Source: Aliishimia sp. (lineage in GTDB: Bacteria; Pseudomonadota; Alphaproteobacteria; Rhodobacterales; Rhodobacteraceae). Taken from it: 64,000 nt of DNA. Positions 1-9,751 of the stretch are shown here, piece after piece. The stretch lies in contig OY782680.1 of assembly GCA_963678085.1 (NCBI GenBank), positions 2,027,406 to 2,091,405 of the forward strand, in the 5' to 3' direction. The notes under the pieces were generated by a model. It was not told the DNA's origin and searched no databases. It saw only the letters and a program-made list of their open reading frames with translations. The position numbers and the translations under genes are program-made. Position 1 is the stretch's first letter. Each line of letters opens with the position of its first letter.

Positions 1-182
1 TCATGAACCTGATCCCGATCCCTGCGCTCGATGGGGGGCATCTGGTGTTCTACACCTATGAGGCCATCTTTCGCCGCCCCCCCAGCGAGGCGGTGGCGCG
101 TATCTTGATGACCATCGGCATCGCATGTGTGCTTAGCTTAATGGGGTTTGCCCTGTTCAATGACCTCACCTGCGTGCGCTAA
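1..182 (+). CDS. rseP: RseP-type M50 site-2 zinc metalloprotease, C-terminal fragment (5' end outside window)
   Basis: Frame starting at nt 3 reads MNLIPIPALDGGHLVFYTYEAIFRRPPSEAVARILMTIGIACVLSLMGFALFNDL.., stop TAA 180-182. The NxxPxPxLDGG motif plus hydrophobic tail is the conserved C-terminus of RIP metalloproteases. Position just upstream of bamA is canonical. Confidence 0.75.
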   Translation, partial: MNLIPIPALDGGHLVFYTYEAIFRRPPSEAVARILMTIGIACVLSLMGFALFNDLTCVR

Positions 183-492
183 ACCCTCGCCTGCGCTGTC
201 ACTATTTTGCCCCATTTGCGTTAAACTTGCGCCCTGATCTTAAACTAAGGTTTTTTCAGATCTCAGGGGACGGCAGATGCAGATACTTCATGCGGGTTAT
301 AAAGGGCTTAGCCTCATTTTTGTGCTGAATTGGGACCGTTTGATCTATGTTGCGACTTTGATTGTTGCGCTTTTGCTCGGGTCTTGGGTTGGGAACGTGA
401 TATTCTAGCCACGCCCTGGCATTCGACGCTTTGGTTTTTGACAACGCAATCACAAATGGTTATCCCAGTCGTAATCAAGGTTAACGGCGGGA

Positions 493-2862
493 ATGACAAT
501 GTCGGCGGGGCTCTCTTTTTTCAAAACACCAACGAAGCGCGCAATATTGGGCAGCGGAACCGTGCTAAGATCCGTTCTGGGGCTGGTCGTTGTCACTTTG
601 GTTGCGGGCACAGTTGCAACAGTGGCGCAGACCTATCGCTTTAGCAAAGTCGAAATCGACGGCAACCAACGTGTTGGTGATGCGGCGATTTTGCAGACTG
701 CAGGAATTGCACGCGGCCAAACAGTGTCAGCGGGCCAGGTCAATGATGCGCTGCAAAAACTGCAAAATTCCGGGCTGTTTGAATCCGTCACCGTTGAGCC
801 GCTTGGGAATACTTTGGTGATCAAAGTCGTGGAATTGCCGACGATCAACCGTGTGAGCTTTGAAGGCAATCGCCGGATCAAAGATGATGTCTTGGCCCCC
901 TTGGTGCAAAGCCAAGAGCGGCGGGTTTATAGCCCGTCCCAAGCGCAGCGCGATGCCTCGGTGTTGGCAGAAGCTTACGCCAGTCAAGGGCGTCTGGCCG
1001 CGCGGGTTATCCCACGTATCATCAGCCGCAGCGATAACCGGGTTGATCTGGTCTTTGAAATCTTCGAAGGTGACGTCTCGGAAATCGAACGTCTCAGCTT
1101 TGTTGGCAACCGCGTGTTCTCAGATCGTGCATTGCGCCGGGTCTTGGAAACAAAACAGGCGGGCTTTTTGCGGGCCTTTATCACGCGCGACACCTTTGCT
1201 GAGGACCGGATTGAATTTGATAAGCAGGTCTTGCGCGATTTTTATCTGAGCCGTGGCTATGTCGATTTCCGCACCAATTCGGTAAATGCTGAGCTGCTGC
1301 CTAATAAAGATGGCTTCTTCTTGGTGTTCAACGTGCAGGAAGGGCAGCAATTCAACTTTGGCGAAATCACGGTCACGTCGGAACTTGATGATGTGGATGC
1401 CGATGAGTTTCTTGCTGCTACCCGCTCTCAAACCGGAAAAACCTACGCGCCTACGCGGGTCGAAAATGACATTGCGCGGATGGAGCGTTTGGCCGCTGAG
1501 AAACTGATTGATTTTCTGCGGATTGAACCACGCATCACGCGCAATGACGCAGAGCTGACCTTGGATGTGGAATATGTTCTAAGCCGTGGCCCGCGCGTCT
1601 TTGTTGAGCGCATTGATATTGAAGGAAACACCACGACGCTGGACCGCGTTATTCGCCAGCAATTCAAATCAGCCGAAGGTGATCCTTTTAATCCCCGCGA
1701 AATTCGCGAAAGTGCCGAGCGTGTGCGGGCCTTGGACTATTTCGAAAATGTCGATGTGAACGCGCGCGAAGGCTCGAGCCCGGATCAGGTGGTGGTTGAC
1801 GTGGATGTTGAAGAAGCGCCTACAGGTTCCTTTACCATCGGCGGCTCGTTCTCCAGCAATGACGGCTTTGGCCTCGCACTGCAATTTGCCGAAAGCAACT
1901 TTATGGGGCGCGGGCAAAAGCTGTCCATTTCCGTCTCTACTGCAGAGGAATCGCAAAACGCCTCGATCACGTTCGTTGAACCCAAACTGCTCGGGCGGGA
2001 TCTGGAATTTGGGTTGACCGCCTCTTTGATGACGACGGAATCCTCATTCTTTACCTATAATTCTGAGGATCTTATTTTTCAGCCAGGCATTGCCTTCCCG
2101 GTCAGTGGGAATGGCCGCTTTGGTCTGCGCTATCGCTATGAAGAGGTTGAGATGACCGCCGATGGCGATAAGCCGGGGGCCGTGCTCAGAAACGAGATTT
2201 CACGCGGGAAACTGTCAAGTAGCTCGATCGGCTACACCTATACCTATGATACGCGGCGCAGCGGGCTGAACACTGATGCGGGCATGCTCTTTGAGCTGTC
2301 CCAGGATTTCGGCGGTTTGGGCGGCGATAACGAATATCTGAAAAGCACGGCTAAATGGATCGGCCAACGCAAATTGCACAACCGTGATATCACGTTGCGG
2401 GCAACTCTTGAGGCCGGTGCGTTGAATTGGTCCAACGGCACGAGCCGCACCGATGACCGATTTGTGTTGAACCCAGAGATCATTCGTGGCTTTGAGCCCG
2501 GCGGCATCGGCCCGCGTGATCGTAGCCTGAATGCTGCAGGAAATGCGGCAGATGATCCTCTGGGGGGCAACCTCTATTATGCGGTGCGCTTTGATGCCGA
2601 ATTCCCACTTGGTCTGCCCGAGGAATATGGCATCCGCGGCGGCGCATTCTATGATATCGGCAATCTCTGGGATCTCAGCGATGTGGATCTAAGTGGCGGT
2701 AACATTGTTGGCGAAAACGGCTCTGCACGCCATGTGATCGGGGTCTCGATCCTTTGGGATACGCCGATTGGACCTTTGCGCTTTAACTTTTCAGAAGCGC
2801 TCAAGAAAGAGACCTATGACCGTGAGCAATCCTTCGACTTCACCATAACCACACGGTTCTAA
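493..2862 (+). CDS. bamA: Outer membrane protein assembly factor BamA (Omp85)
   Basis: 789-aa ORF with an N-terminal hydrophobic anchor. Repeated POTRA-like starts (VEIDGNQRV, VSFEGNRRI, LSFVGNRVF, IDIEGNTTT). Glycine/aromatic-rich C-terminal barrel ending ..ITTRF. rseP-bamA-skp order. Confidence 0.95.
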   Translation: MTMSAGLSFFKTPTKRAILGSGTVLRSVLGLVVVTLVAGTVATVAQTYRFSKVEIDGNQRVGDAAILQTAGIARGQTVSAGQVNDALQKLQNSGLFESVTVEPLGNTLVIKVVELPTINRVSFEGNRRIKDDVLAPLVQSQERRVYSPSQAQRDASVLAEAYASQGRLAARVIPRIISRSDNRVDLVFEIFEGDVSEIERLSFVGNRVFSDRALRRVLETKQAGFLRAFITRDTFAEDRIEFDKQVLRDFYLSRGYVDFRTNSVNAELLPNKDGFFLVFNVQEGQQFNFGEITVTSELDDVDADEFLAATRSQTGKTYAPTRVENDIARMERLAAEKLIDFLRIEPRITRNDAELTLDVEYVLSRGPRVFVERIDIEGNTTTLDRVIRQQFKSAEGDPFNPREIRESAERVRALDYFENVDVNAREGSSPDQVVVDVDVEEAPTGSFTIGGSFSSNDGFGLALQFAESNFMGRGQKLSISVSTAEESQNASITFVEPKLLGRDLEFGLTASLMTTESSFFTYNSEDLIFQPGIAFPVSGNGRFGLRYRYEEVEMTADGDKPGAVLRNEISRGKLSSSSIGYTYTYDTRRSGLNTDAGMLFELSQDFGGLGGDNEYLKSTAKWIGQRKLHNRDITLRATLEAGALNWSNGTSRTDDRFVLNPEIIRGFEPGGIGPRDRSLNAAGNAADDPLGGNLYYAVRFDAEFPLGLPEEYGIRGGAFYDIGNLWDLSDVDLSGGNIVGENGSARHVIGVSILWDTPIGPLRFNFSEALKKETYDREQSFDFTITTRF

Positions 2863-2865
2863 ACT

Positions 2866-3414
2866 ATGAGAGCGGTGCGCTTTTTCCTTGTGATCTGCGC
2901 GCTGCTTTTTGGCGGCGCCGCAAATGCCCAGGCACCGCTGCAATTCCAAAGCCCGGTTCTTATTGCGGATTTGCAGCAGATCTACCTGCGCAGCGCGTTT
3001 GGCGTGCGTTTGGAGCAAGAGCGCGCCGCAGCTTGGGCGACGCTTGACGAGGAGAATGCACGCATTGGGAAAGAGCTCGAGGCAGAAGAGCTGCGTTTGA
3101 CGACGGAACGCGCATCGCTCTCGCCCGAAGAGTTTCGCGACAAAGCCGATGCTTTTGACGCCAAAGCGCGCGAAACTCGCCAAATCCAGCGCGAAAAAGC
3201 CATAGCACTGCAACAGCAATCCGATAAGATCCCGGCGGAATTTATCGCGGCAATCTCTCCGATCATGGAGGGCATCATGCGCGAAACCGGCGCGTTGGTG
3301 GTCCTTGATAAGCGGAACTCGCTATGGAGTGCAAATGTGGTTGACATCACGGATGAGGCGGTGCGCCGAATAGATGCACAGATCGGGGATGGGCAGGATC
3401 TGGTGGCCGAATAG
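2866..3414 (+). CDS. OmpH/Skp-family periplasmic chaperone
   Basis: 182 aa with signal peptide (..GGAANAQA) and a long charged coiled-coil-like body. Starts 4 nt after bamA. Confidence 0.8.
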   Translation: MRAVRFFLVICALLFGGAANAQAPLQFQSPVLIADLQQIYLRSAFGVRLEQERAAAWATLDEENARIGKELEAEELRLTTERASLSPEEFRDKADAFDAKARETRQIQREKAIALQQQSDKIPAEFIAAISPIMEGIMRETGALVVLDKRNSLWSANVVDITDEAVRRIDAQIGDGQDLVAE

Positions 3415-3487
3415 ATCACAGTGCTTGCCGCGGGGCCCGCAACTTGCTAGGTCACGGCGAACCGCGATCCGAGTAAAGTAAAACACT

Positions 3488-3952
3488 ATGACACAAGATG
3501 TAACAACCGCCGATATTCAACTGATCCAGCGCATCTTACCGCACCGTTACCCGTTTCTCTTGGTGGATCGCGTTGAGCAGATGAATGGCACGCAAAGCGC
3601 TGTTGGCATCAAGAATGTCACAATGAATGAGCCGCATTTCCAGGGCCATTTTCCAGGGCTACCAATTATGCCCGGCGTGACAATTGTTGAGGCCATGGCA
3701 CAAACCACCGCCGTTATGGTTGGGGTAGCGCTTGGCATGGCGGATAAAAACATGAAGGTTTACTTCATGTCGATTGATAAATGTAAGTTCCGCCGCAAAG
3801 TCATCCCAGGCGATATTTTGCGCATGGAGATGCAAACCCTGCGCGGCAAACCCGGCGCTAAGGTTTGGAAATTCGGTGGCACAGCGCGTGTGGGGGATGA
3901 GATCGCTGCCGAGGCCGAATTTACCGCAATGATGGACTTGCCCAAGGACTAA
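3488..3952 (+). CDS. fabZ: 3-hydroxyacyl-ACP dehydratase FabZ
   Basis: 154 aa with [13 protein letters not shown] and [17 protein letters not shown] hot-dog motifs. Confidence 0.95.
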   Translation: MTQDVTTADIQLIQRILPHRYPFLLVDRVEQMNGTQSAVGIKNVTMNEPHFQGHFPGLPIMPGVTIVEAMAQTTAVMVGVALGMADKNMKVYFMSIDKCKFRRKVIPGDILRMEMQTLRGKPGAKVWKFGGTARVGDEIAAEAEFTAMMDLPKD

Positions 3953-3955
3953 ATC

Positions 3956-4735
3956 ATGACCATTCACCCCAGTGCGATTGTCGAGCCAGGTGCGCAGATC
4001 AATCCCAGCGCCACAATCGGTCCCTTTTGCACTGTGGGGCCAGAGGTCTCTCTCGGTCCGAATGTCGAGCTGAAATCGCATGTGGTGGTGACCGGGCGCA
4101 CCTCTATTGGTGAGGGAACCGTGATTTTTCCTTTCTCGGTGATTGGCGAAATCCCGCAAGATCTGAAATTCAAGGGCGAAGCTTCCCGCCTTGAGATTGG
4201 CGCGCGCAACCGTATTCGTGAACATGTGACCATGAACACAGGCACCGAGGGGGGTGGCGGGGTCACAAAAATTGGCGATGATGGGCTGTTTATGGCCGGG
4301 TGTCATGTGGCCCATGATGCGATTATCGGGAACCGTGTGATTGTGGTGAATTCCGTCGCGCTTGGCGGGCATTGCATCCTAGAGGATGATGTGATCGTTG
4401 GTGGACTTTCTGGCGTGCATCAATTCGTGCGCATCGGACAGGGGGCAATCATTGGCGCGCTGACCATGGTGGCCCGCGATGTGATCCCGCATGGCTTGGT
4501 GCAAGGGGCGCGTGGTGAACTTGATGGGCTCAATCTTGTGGGGCTAAAGCGGCGCGGCGTGGCGCGCGAGGATATCACCGCCCTGCGCGCCGCCTTCCAG
4601 ATGATGGCCCAGGGCGAGGGCACCTTTCATGAGCGCGTTGACCGGATGCAGCAAGAATTTGACAGCGATTATGTAAATCAGATCGTTGATTTCGTGACCG
4701 CGCAAAGTGATCGCTCCTTCCTGACCCCCTCATGA
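3956..4735 (+). CDS. lpxA: Acyl-ACP--UDP-GlcNAc O-acyltransferase LpxA
   Basis: 259 aa, left-handed beta-helix hexapeptide repeats (IHPSAIVEPGAQI..). Follows fabZ. Confidence 0.95.
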   Translation: MTIHPSAIVEPGAQINPSATIGPFCTVGPEVSLGPNVELKSHVVVTGRTSIGEGTVIFPFSVIGEIPQDLKFKGEASRLEIGARNRIREHVTMNTGTEGGGGVTKIGDDGLFMAGCHVAHDAIIGNRVIVVNSVALGGHCILEDDVIVGGLSGVHQFVRIGQGAIIGALTMVARDVIPHGLVQGARGELDGLNLVGLKRRGVAREDITALRAAFQMMAQGEGTFHERVDRMQQEFDSDYVNQIVDFVTAQSDRSFLTPS

Positions 4736-5514
4736 CCCTGGCTCTCATATGCGGCTCTGGCGATCTGCCACAAGCCATCGCATCCCAGCAAAGCACGCCC
4801 CCGCTTATTTGCGCGCTTGAAGGGTTCGCGCCAAATGGGCTCAAGGTCGATATTGGCTTCCGCCTCGAAACCCTTGGCACGCTTTTGCAAACCCTGAAGC
4901 AGCGCGGCATTTCGCAAATCTGCCTATGCGGCGCAATCCGTCGCCCGCCCATTGATCCGTCTCAGATTGATACGCTGACCCTGCCGCTTGTCCCGATTTT
5001 GCAAAGCGCTTTAGGGCAGGGGGATGATGGGGCGCTCAGGGCCGTTATGTCCCTTTTTGAACAGCGCGGGTTTGACATTCGCAGCGCGGCAGAGCTCGCG
5101 CCAAATCTTCTGCCACCTGCGGGCGTGTTAACGAAATCTGAGCCGGATATAAACCTGGCGGATCTGATGCTTGCGCAAAGCACATTGGAAGATATGGGAA
5201 AAAAAGATCTCGGGCAGGCCTGTATTTTGCAAAATGGTCAAGTGATCGCGCGTGAAACAGATGCGGGCACCGATGCGATGTTGCAAAATTTGCAAATCGC
5301 TTCAGCGGGTGGATTTCTTTACAAAGCCCCCAAGCCCGGCCAAGACCAGCGCGCAGATCTGCCAACGATAGGACTAAAAACTGCGCAAAACTGCATCGCC
5401 CTCGGCCTATCGGGTATCGTCATTCAAGCGGGCGCAGTTATTGTGCTGTCACTTGAGGATGTGATCACAAAGCTCGATCATGCAGGCCTGTTCCTTTGGG
5501 TGCGCAAGGAATGA
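4732..5514 (+). CDS. lpxI: UDP-2,3-diacylglucosamine hydrolase LpxI (DUF1009 family)
   Basis: 260 aa. ATGA overlap with lpxA stop and with lpxB start. The lpxA-lpxI-lpxB placement is as in Caulobacter-type alphaproteobacteria. Confidence 0.8.
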   Translation: MTLALICGSGDLPQAIASQQSTPPLICALEGFAPNGLKVDIGFRLETLGTLLQTLKQRGISQICLCGAIRRPPIDPSQIDTLTLPLVPILQSALGQGDDGALRAVMSLFEQRGFDIRSAAELAPNLLPPAGVLTKSEPDINLADLMLAQSTLEDMGKKDLGQACILQNGQVIARETDAGTDAMLQNLQIASAGGFLYKAPKPGQDQRADLPTIGLKTAQNCIALGLSGIVIQAGAVIVLSLEDVITKLDHAGLFLWVRKE

Positions 5515-6659
5515 AGGTCTTTGTGATCGCCGGGGAGCCCTCGGGCGACGCTTTGGGCGGCGCGCTTTTGCAAGGTCTGCATCAGCTTGTGCCGGACGGG
5601 CTGGAATTTAAAGGCATCGGTGGCCCGCTCATGCAGGCGCAGGGTTTGCAAAGTGATTTCGATATGTCCGAGCTAAGCCTGATGGGCCTCGTCGAGATCC
5701 TGCCGAAATATTTTCATTTAAAGCGGCGGATCGCGCAGACGGCAGAACACATCCTGTCATGGCAACCGGATGTTGTGATCACAATTGATAGCCCCGATTT
5801 TTGCCTGCGCGTCGCCAAAGCGGTAAAGGCGCAAAACCCGCATATTCGCTGCGTGCATTACGTCGCGCCCACTGTATGGGCCTGGCGTCCTAAGCGCGCA
5901 CAAAAGATGGCGGCATTTATTGATCAGGTTCTGGCCCTCTTCCCCTTTGAACCCCCCTATATGGAAGCCGCCGGGATGCGATGCGATTTTGTTGGGCACC
6001 CGGTCACAACAATGCCCCAGCCTAGAGGCGCGGATATCGAAGCGTTTCGCGACAGGCACCAAGGCACCCCGCGCATCCTCTGCCTGCCTGGCTCACGAAA
6101 AGGAGAGGTGCAGCGCCTTGCGCCGATATTTGCAAAGGTCGCTTCGCAAATATGCAAAACGCTCCCAAATGCGAAATTCATCCTGCCCGCCGCGCGCCCG
6201 GTTGCTGAGCTGATTTTGCAAGATAAACATATATGGCCTGAGAATACAGACATCCTTGATGGGCGAACATGCCCCGAGGCTGAGAAAAAAGCAGCCTTTG
6301 CCGCGGCGGACGTGGCTTTGGCCGCTTCGGGAACGGTTTCATTAGAGCTCGCGGCCGCGCAAACCCCGATGGTGATCGCCTATGATATGTCTTGGTTGAC
6401 GCGCAAAATTATGCAACGGCTCTTATTGACGGATACGGTGACGCTCGTGAACCTGGTTTCTGAGACCCGCGTGGTGCCCGAATTTATCGGGGAAAATTGC
6501 AAAGCTGAGCCCATCACCGAGGCGATTTTGCAAATCTTGCAAACTCAGGACGCGCAAATTGAGGCGATGCAGCTCACCATGCAAAGGCTTGGCGCAGGCG
6601 GCGAGCCCCCCGGATTGCGCGCCGCAAAGGCCGTTCTGGCGGGTTTGCAAAGCGCCTGA
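5511..6659 (+). CDS. lpxB: Lipid-A-disaccharide synthase LpxB
   Basis: N-terminus MKVFVIAGEPSGDALGG is typical of LpxB. I chose the ATG at 5511 (ATGA overlap with lpxI) over the ORF-track start at 5496. Confidence 0.9.
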   Translation: MKVFVIAGEPSGDALGGALLQGLHQLVPDGLEFKGIGGPLMQAQGLQSDFDMSELSLMGLVEILPKYFHLKRRIAQTAEHILSWQPDVVITIDSPDFCLRVAKAVKAQNPHIRCVHYVAPTVWAWRPKRAQKMAAFIDQVLALFPFEPPYMEAAGMRCDFVGHPVTTMPQPRGADIEAFRDRHQGTPRILCLPGSRKGEVQRLAPIFAKVASQICKTLPNAKFILPAARPVAELILQDKHIWPENTDILDGRTCPEAEKKAAFAAADVALAASGTVSLELAAAQTPMVIAYDMSWLTRKIMQRLLLTDTVTLVNLVSETRVVPEFIGENCKAEPITEAILQILQTQDAQIEAMQLTMQRLGAGGEPPGLRAAKAVLAGLQSA

Positions 6660-6705
6660 TACTGTGCGACGCTACGCGATGAACGAGTGAAAAAGGAATA
6701 GTCTT

Positions 6706-7242
6706 GTGGGAACATATATAGTTAGGGCAATCACCGCCGCTGGTTTGGCTATGGCGCTAAGCGGCCATGCTCAGGCTGAAGAGCGCAGATTGCAAGTAAA
6801 GCAGGGGCTTTGCATTGAGATGACAGAAGCCAATGGGCGAACGGCGATTGAGGTGGCCGAAGCTTCTCTTAGTTGTTTTGCAGAAGGAAAGCTTGAGCAA
6901 GGTTTGGAGCTCTTTGCTGCTGTCGAACTCTTTGAGTGGTATGACGAAAAGCGAATGAAACGTCATTTCAGCGTATCGCATATTAATGATTGGGTTTCTC
7001 GTGAGCTTGATGATATCATCGTAGACGATTTGGGGTTGGATAGCACTTTGAGGCCTAAACATGAGGAGTTGACAACAAACCGGCGCTGGATGCGCCAGCT
7101 ATGCGAGAACATCTCAAAGCTAGATCCTCCGCGCTATTGGCCAGACTATTTGGACGAGATAGACGGTCCAGCTCCGGATAACATTCCCGTTCACCCGGAG
7201 CTCTGGCGTTCTGTTGTGAGGGGCGGTTTGTGCCCGAGCTAG
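6706..7242 (+). CDS. Secreted hypothetical protein, tandem paralog A (4 conserved Cys)
   Basis: 178 aa, GTG start, signal peptide ending AQA|EE. Clearly paralogous to 7349-7882. Confidence 0.6.
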   Translation: MGTYIVRAITAAGLAMALSGHAQAEERRLQVKQGLCIEMTEANGRTAIEVAEASLSCFAEGKLEQGLELFAAVELFEWYDEKRMKRHFSVSHINDWVSRELDDIIVDDLGLDSTLRPKHEELTTNRRWMRQLCENISKLDPPRYWPDYLDEIDGPAPDNIPVHPELWRSVVRGGLCPS

Positions 7243-7348
7243 GTCCACTATTTGCGAAGCTGCCTGAAATGATGGCCTCTTTGACAAGCCGAGCAAAAAC
7301 GATCTACGCTCCGCTGACATCAAGCGCTTTGCAAAAAAGGGAAGCCTA

Positions 7349-7882
7349 ATGAAACAAAATCTGATTCGAGTGATCGGAGCCGCTGGTTTGGCTTTGGCAC
7401 TAGGTGGTCATGCCCAGGCTGAGGAGCGCAGATTGCAAGTCAAGCAAGGGCTTTGCATTGAGCTGACCGAGGCCAAAGGGCGTTCGGTCATTGAGCTGGC
7501 AGAGGCTTCGATCAGTTGTTTTGCTGAAGGGAAGCTAGAGCTAGGCCTTGAGATCTATGTAGCTGCTTCGGTTCGTGAGGAGTATGACGTAGAGCGAATG
7601 GAAGAATATTATGACACATTCGCTATAGATGGTTGGGTTTCTCGGGAAATAGAAGACATCATTGGTGACGATCTGGGCTTGGATAGCACTGTTGTCCCGA
7701 AAGCGGAGCAATTATTTGAAGATCCGCGCTGGGTGCGCCAGCAATGTGAGAACGTGACCAAGCTTGGCCTCCCGCGCTATTGGCCGGATTATCTTGAAGG
7801 GGTCGGTGAGGCTCCCGTGATTATACCTATTCACCCGCTCCTTTGGCTTGAGACTGTGTCGTCAACGATCTGCGAGGCTTAG
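7349..7882 (+). CDS. Secreted hypothetical protein, tandem paralog B (4 conserved Cys)
   Basis: 177 aa. ATG preceded by aaaagggaag. Signal peptide ending AQA|EE. Collinear with paralog A. Confidence 0.65.
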   Translation: MKQNLIRVIGAAGLALALGGHAQAEERRLQVKQGLCIELTEAKGRSVIELAEASISCFAEGKLELGLEIYVAASVREEYDVERMEEYYDTFAIDGWVSREIEDIIGDDLGLDSTVVPKAEQLFEDPRWVRQQCENVTKLGLPRYWPDYLEGVGEAPVIIPIHPLLWLETVSSTICEA

Positions 7883-7897
7883 GGCTACCTTTTGTGG

Positions 7898-8626
7898 TTA
7901 AGCCGACACCCATTCGGTTAGCCGTTCGTATTGCGGGCGGAAAAACGCTGTGATGCGCGACTGATGTGAGTAGCCCTGCCAGGGGGCCGTGCCATGCAGC
8001 AAGAACGGGTGCATCAAGAACGCCGCGCCCTGCGGGGCGGTTATTTCAATTGGGGTGATTTGATCCAGGCATCGGGCGCGCGCGGCTTTATAGACCTCGG
8101 TGACATCTGTTTCGGCTCCGCCCTTGAGCGCCGCGCCGAGCGCCTGCCGCAAAATCCGATGACTGCCGGGCCAATACACGGTGGGCGCGGCGGGGCAGCC
8201 ATTGATATGGATCCCAAGAACATAGGCATGAAATTCACGCGCATAGCGGCGGGGCGGGGAGCCCTCAGGCAAAAGCCCATCCATATGCGCTGCAAAGTGC
8301 TTGATGCGGAATTGGTGATTTGCCTCTGACTGGTTTGCATCCTTGCCGGGATATCCGGGGTAAATTATCGACACCTGCGCGGGGTGCAGCGGCAGGGGGG
8401 CTGGCAGATCCGCCTCCCAAGGCCCCGCAAAACTGACCCCATCCAGAGTGCCATCCGGGCCATTGGGCAGCGCATCGACCCCGACGAACCAAGTGCCATT
8501 ATGGCGCAATTGCCTTTGCTTTGCGTTCTGCGAGATTTGATGGGCCGCGCGCTCGACCGTTTGGGCCCATAATTGGCTTTGCTCCGTGGGTTCATAAGTA
8601 AAGCATCCGCTTTCTGGCCAGCTCAT
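7898..8626 (-). CDS. Putative Fe(II)/2-oxoglutarate oxygenase-like protein (PhyH-like)
   Basis: 242 aa from MSWPESG... Candidate HxD (AAHMDG), distal His (LLHGTAP) and Arg (RITAFFRP). Start ATG forms an ATGA overlap with the dusA stop. The upstream 89 codons of the ORF-track ORF overlap dusA and were discarded. Confidence 0.45.
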   Translation of the reverse strand: MSWPESGCFTYEPTEQSQLWAQTVERAAHQISQNAKQRQLRHNGTWFVGVDALPNGPDGTLDGVSFAGPWEADLPAPLPLHPAQVSIIYPGYPGKDANQSEANHQFRIKHFAAHMDGLLPEGSPPRRYAREFHAYVLGIHINGCPAAPTVYWPGSHRILRQALGAALKGGAETDVTEVYKAARARCLDQITPIEITAPQGAAFLMHPFLLHGTAPWQGYSHQSRITAFFRPQYERLTEWVSA

Positions 8627-9633
8627 GCGCTTTCCCCCAGGGGCGCTATATGTTCCAGCGCCTTTAAAACCAGCTCTGGCCCGGCCCCCGGTTTGTGGGC
8701 GCCTTCTGATAAGATTCGCTTCCAATGTCGCGCGCCAGGGCGCCCCGCAAAGGCCCCGAGCATATGGCGTGTGATCTGCCCGAGCCTGCCACCCGTTTGC
8801 AGATGCGCCTCGATATAGGGCAGCATCTGATGCACGGCTTGCTCCGCGGTTGTGATCCCCGCCGCCCCAAAGATCTCTCGATCGGCTCGGCATAAGATAT
8901 CCGCCGGATTGTGATAGGCAGCGCGCCCGATCATCACACCATCAAGCCCGCCCTGCAAGACCTCTTTGGCCTGGTGCAATGAGGTAATCCCGCCATTCAG
9001 CGAGATATGCAAATTGGGAAAAAGCCCTTTGACCCAATGCACCAGCTCATATTCCAGCGGTGGGATCTCACGGTTTTCTTTCGGGCTCAGCCCCTTAAGC
9101 CAAGCCTTGCGGGCATGGATCGTGACGCGCTCACACCCAGCGGCGATGATGCGGGCCAGAAATTCGGGCAAGACCTCGCGCGGCGTTTGATCATCGACTC
9201 CGATGCGGCATTTCACCGTGACCTCAATATCAACGGCCTCGCGCATGGCAGCAACGCACTGAGCCACAAGCCCTGGATCCTTCATCAAAACCGCGCCAAA
9301 AGCCCCTGATTGCACCCGATCCGAGGGGCAGCCCACATTCAAATTGATCTCATCATACCCCGCCTGCGCCCCCAACTGAGCGGCCTTAGACAGCTCTGTT
9401 GGATCAGAGCCCCCAAGCTGCAACGCAACAGGATGCTCGGCTGGGGAATAGTCCAGCAAATGCAGCGCACCCCCTTTGATCAATGCCGAGGACGTGACCA
9501 TCTCCGTATAAAGCAACGTGTGCTGAGAGAGACAGCGATGAAAGAAACGGCAATGACGATCCGTCCAATCCATCATCGGGGCGACGCTTAGGCGGGCGCT
9601 TCTCTGGATGTTTTTCTTTTTACTCTCAGTCAT
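8623..9633 (-). CDS. dusA: tRNA-dihydrouridine(20/20a) synthase DusA
   Basis: 336 aa. LSVAPMMDWTDRHCRFFHR N-terminus and TIM-barrel FMN motifs are typical of DusA. Confidence 0.9.
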   Translation of the reverse strand: MTESKKKNIQRSARLSVAPMMDWTDRHCRFFHRCLSQHTLLYTEMVTSSALIKGGALHLLDYSPAEHPVALQLGGSDPTELSKAAQLGAQAGYDEINLNVGCPSDRVQSGAFGAVLMKDPGLVAQCVAAMREAVDIEVTVKCRIGVDDQTPREVLPEFLARIIAAGCERVTIHARKAWLKGLSPKENREIPPLEYELVHWVKGLFPNLHISLNGGITSLHQAKEVLQGGLDGVMIGRAAYHNPADILCRADREIFGAAGITTAEQAVHQMLPYIEAHLQTGGRLGQITRHMLGAFAGRPGARHWKRILSEGAHKPGAGPELVLKALEHIAPLGESA

Positions 9634-9751
9634 TTAACTTTCTTGAACAAGGACAAAATCGTGCCAATCATCCAGAGCACAGCTTGGCGCGTTTGGGGCA
9701 TATCAGCTCCTTAAACTTTGTGCGAATAGACAACGGATATCGGCACAGGTT

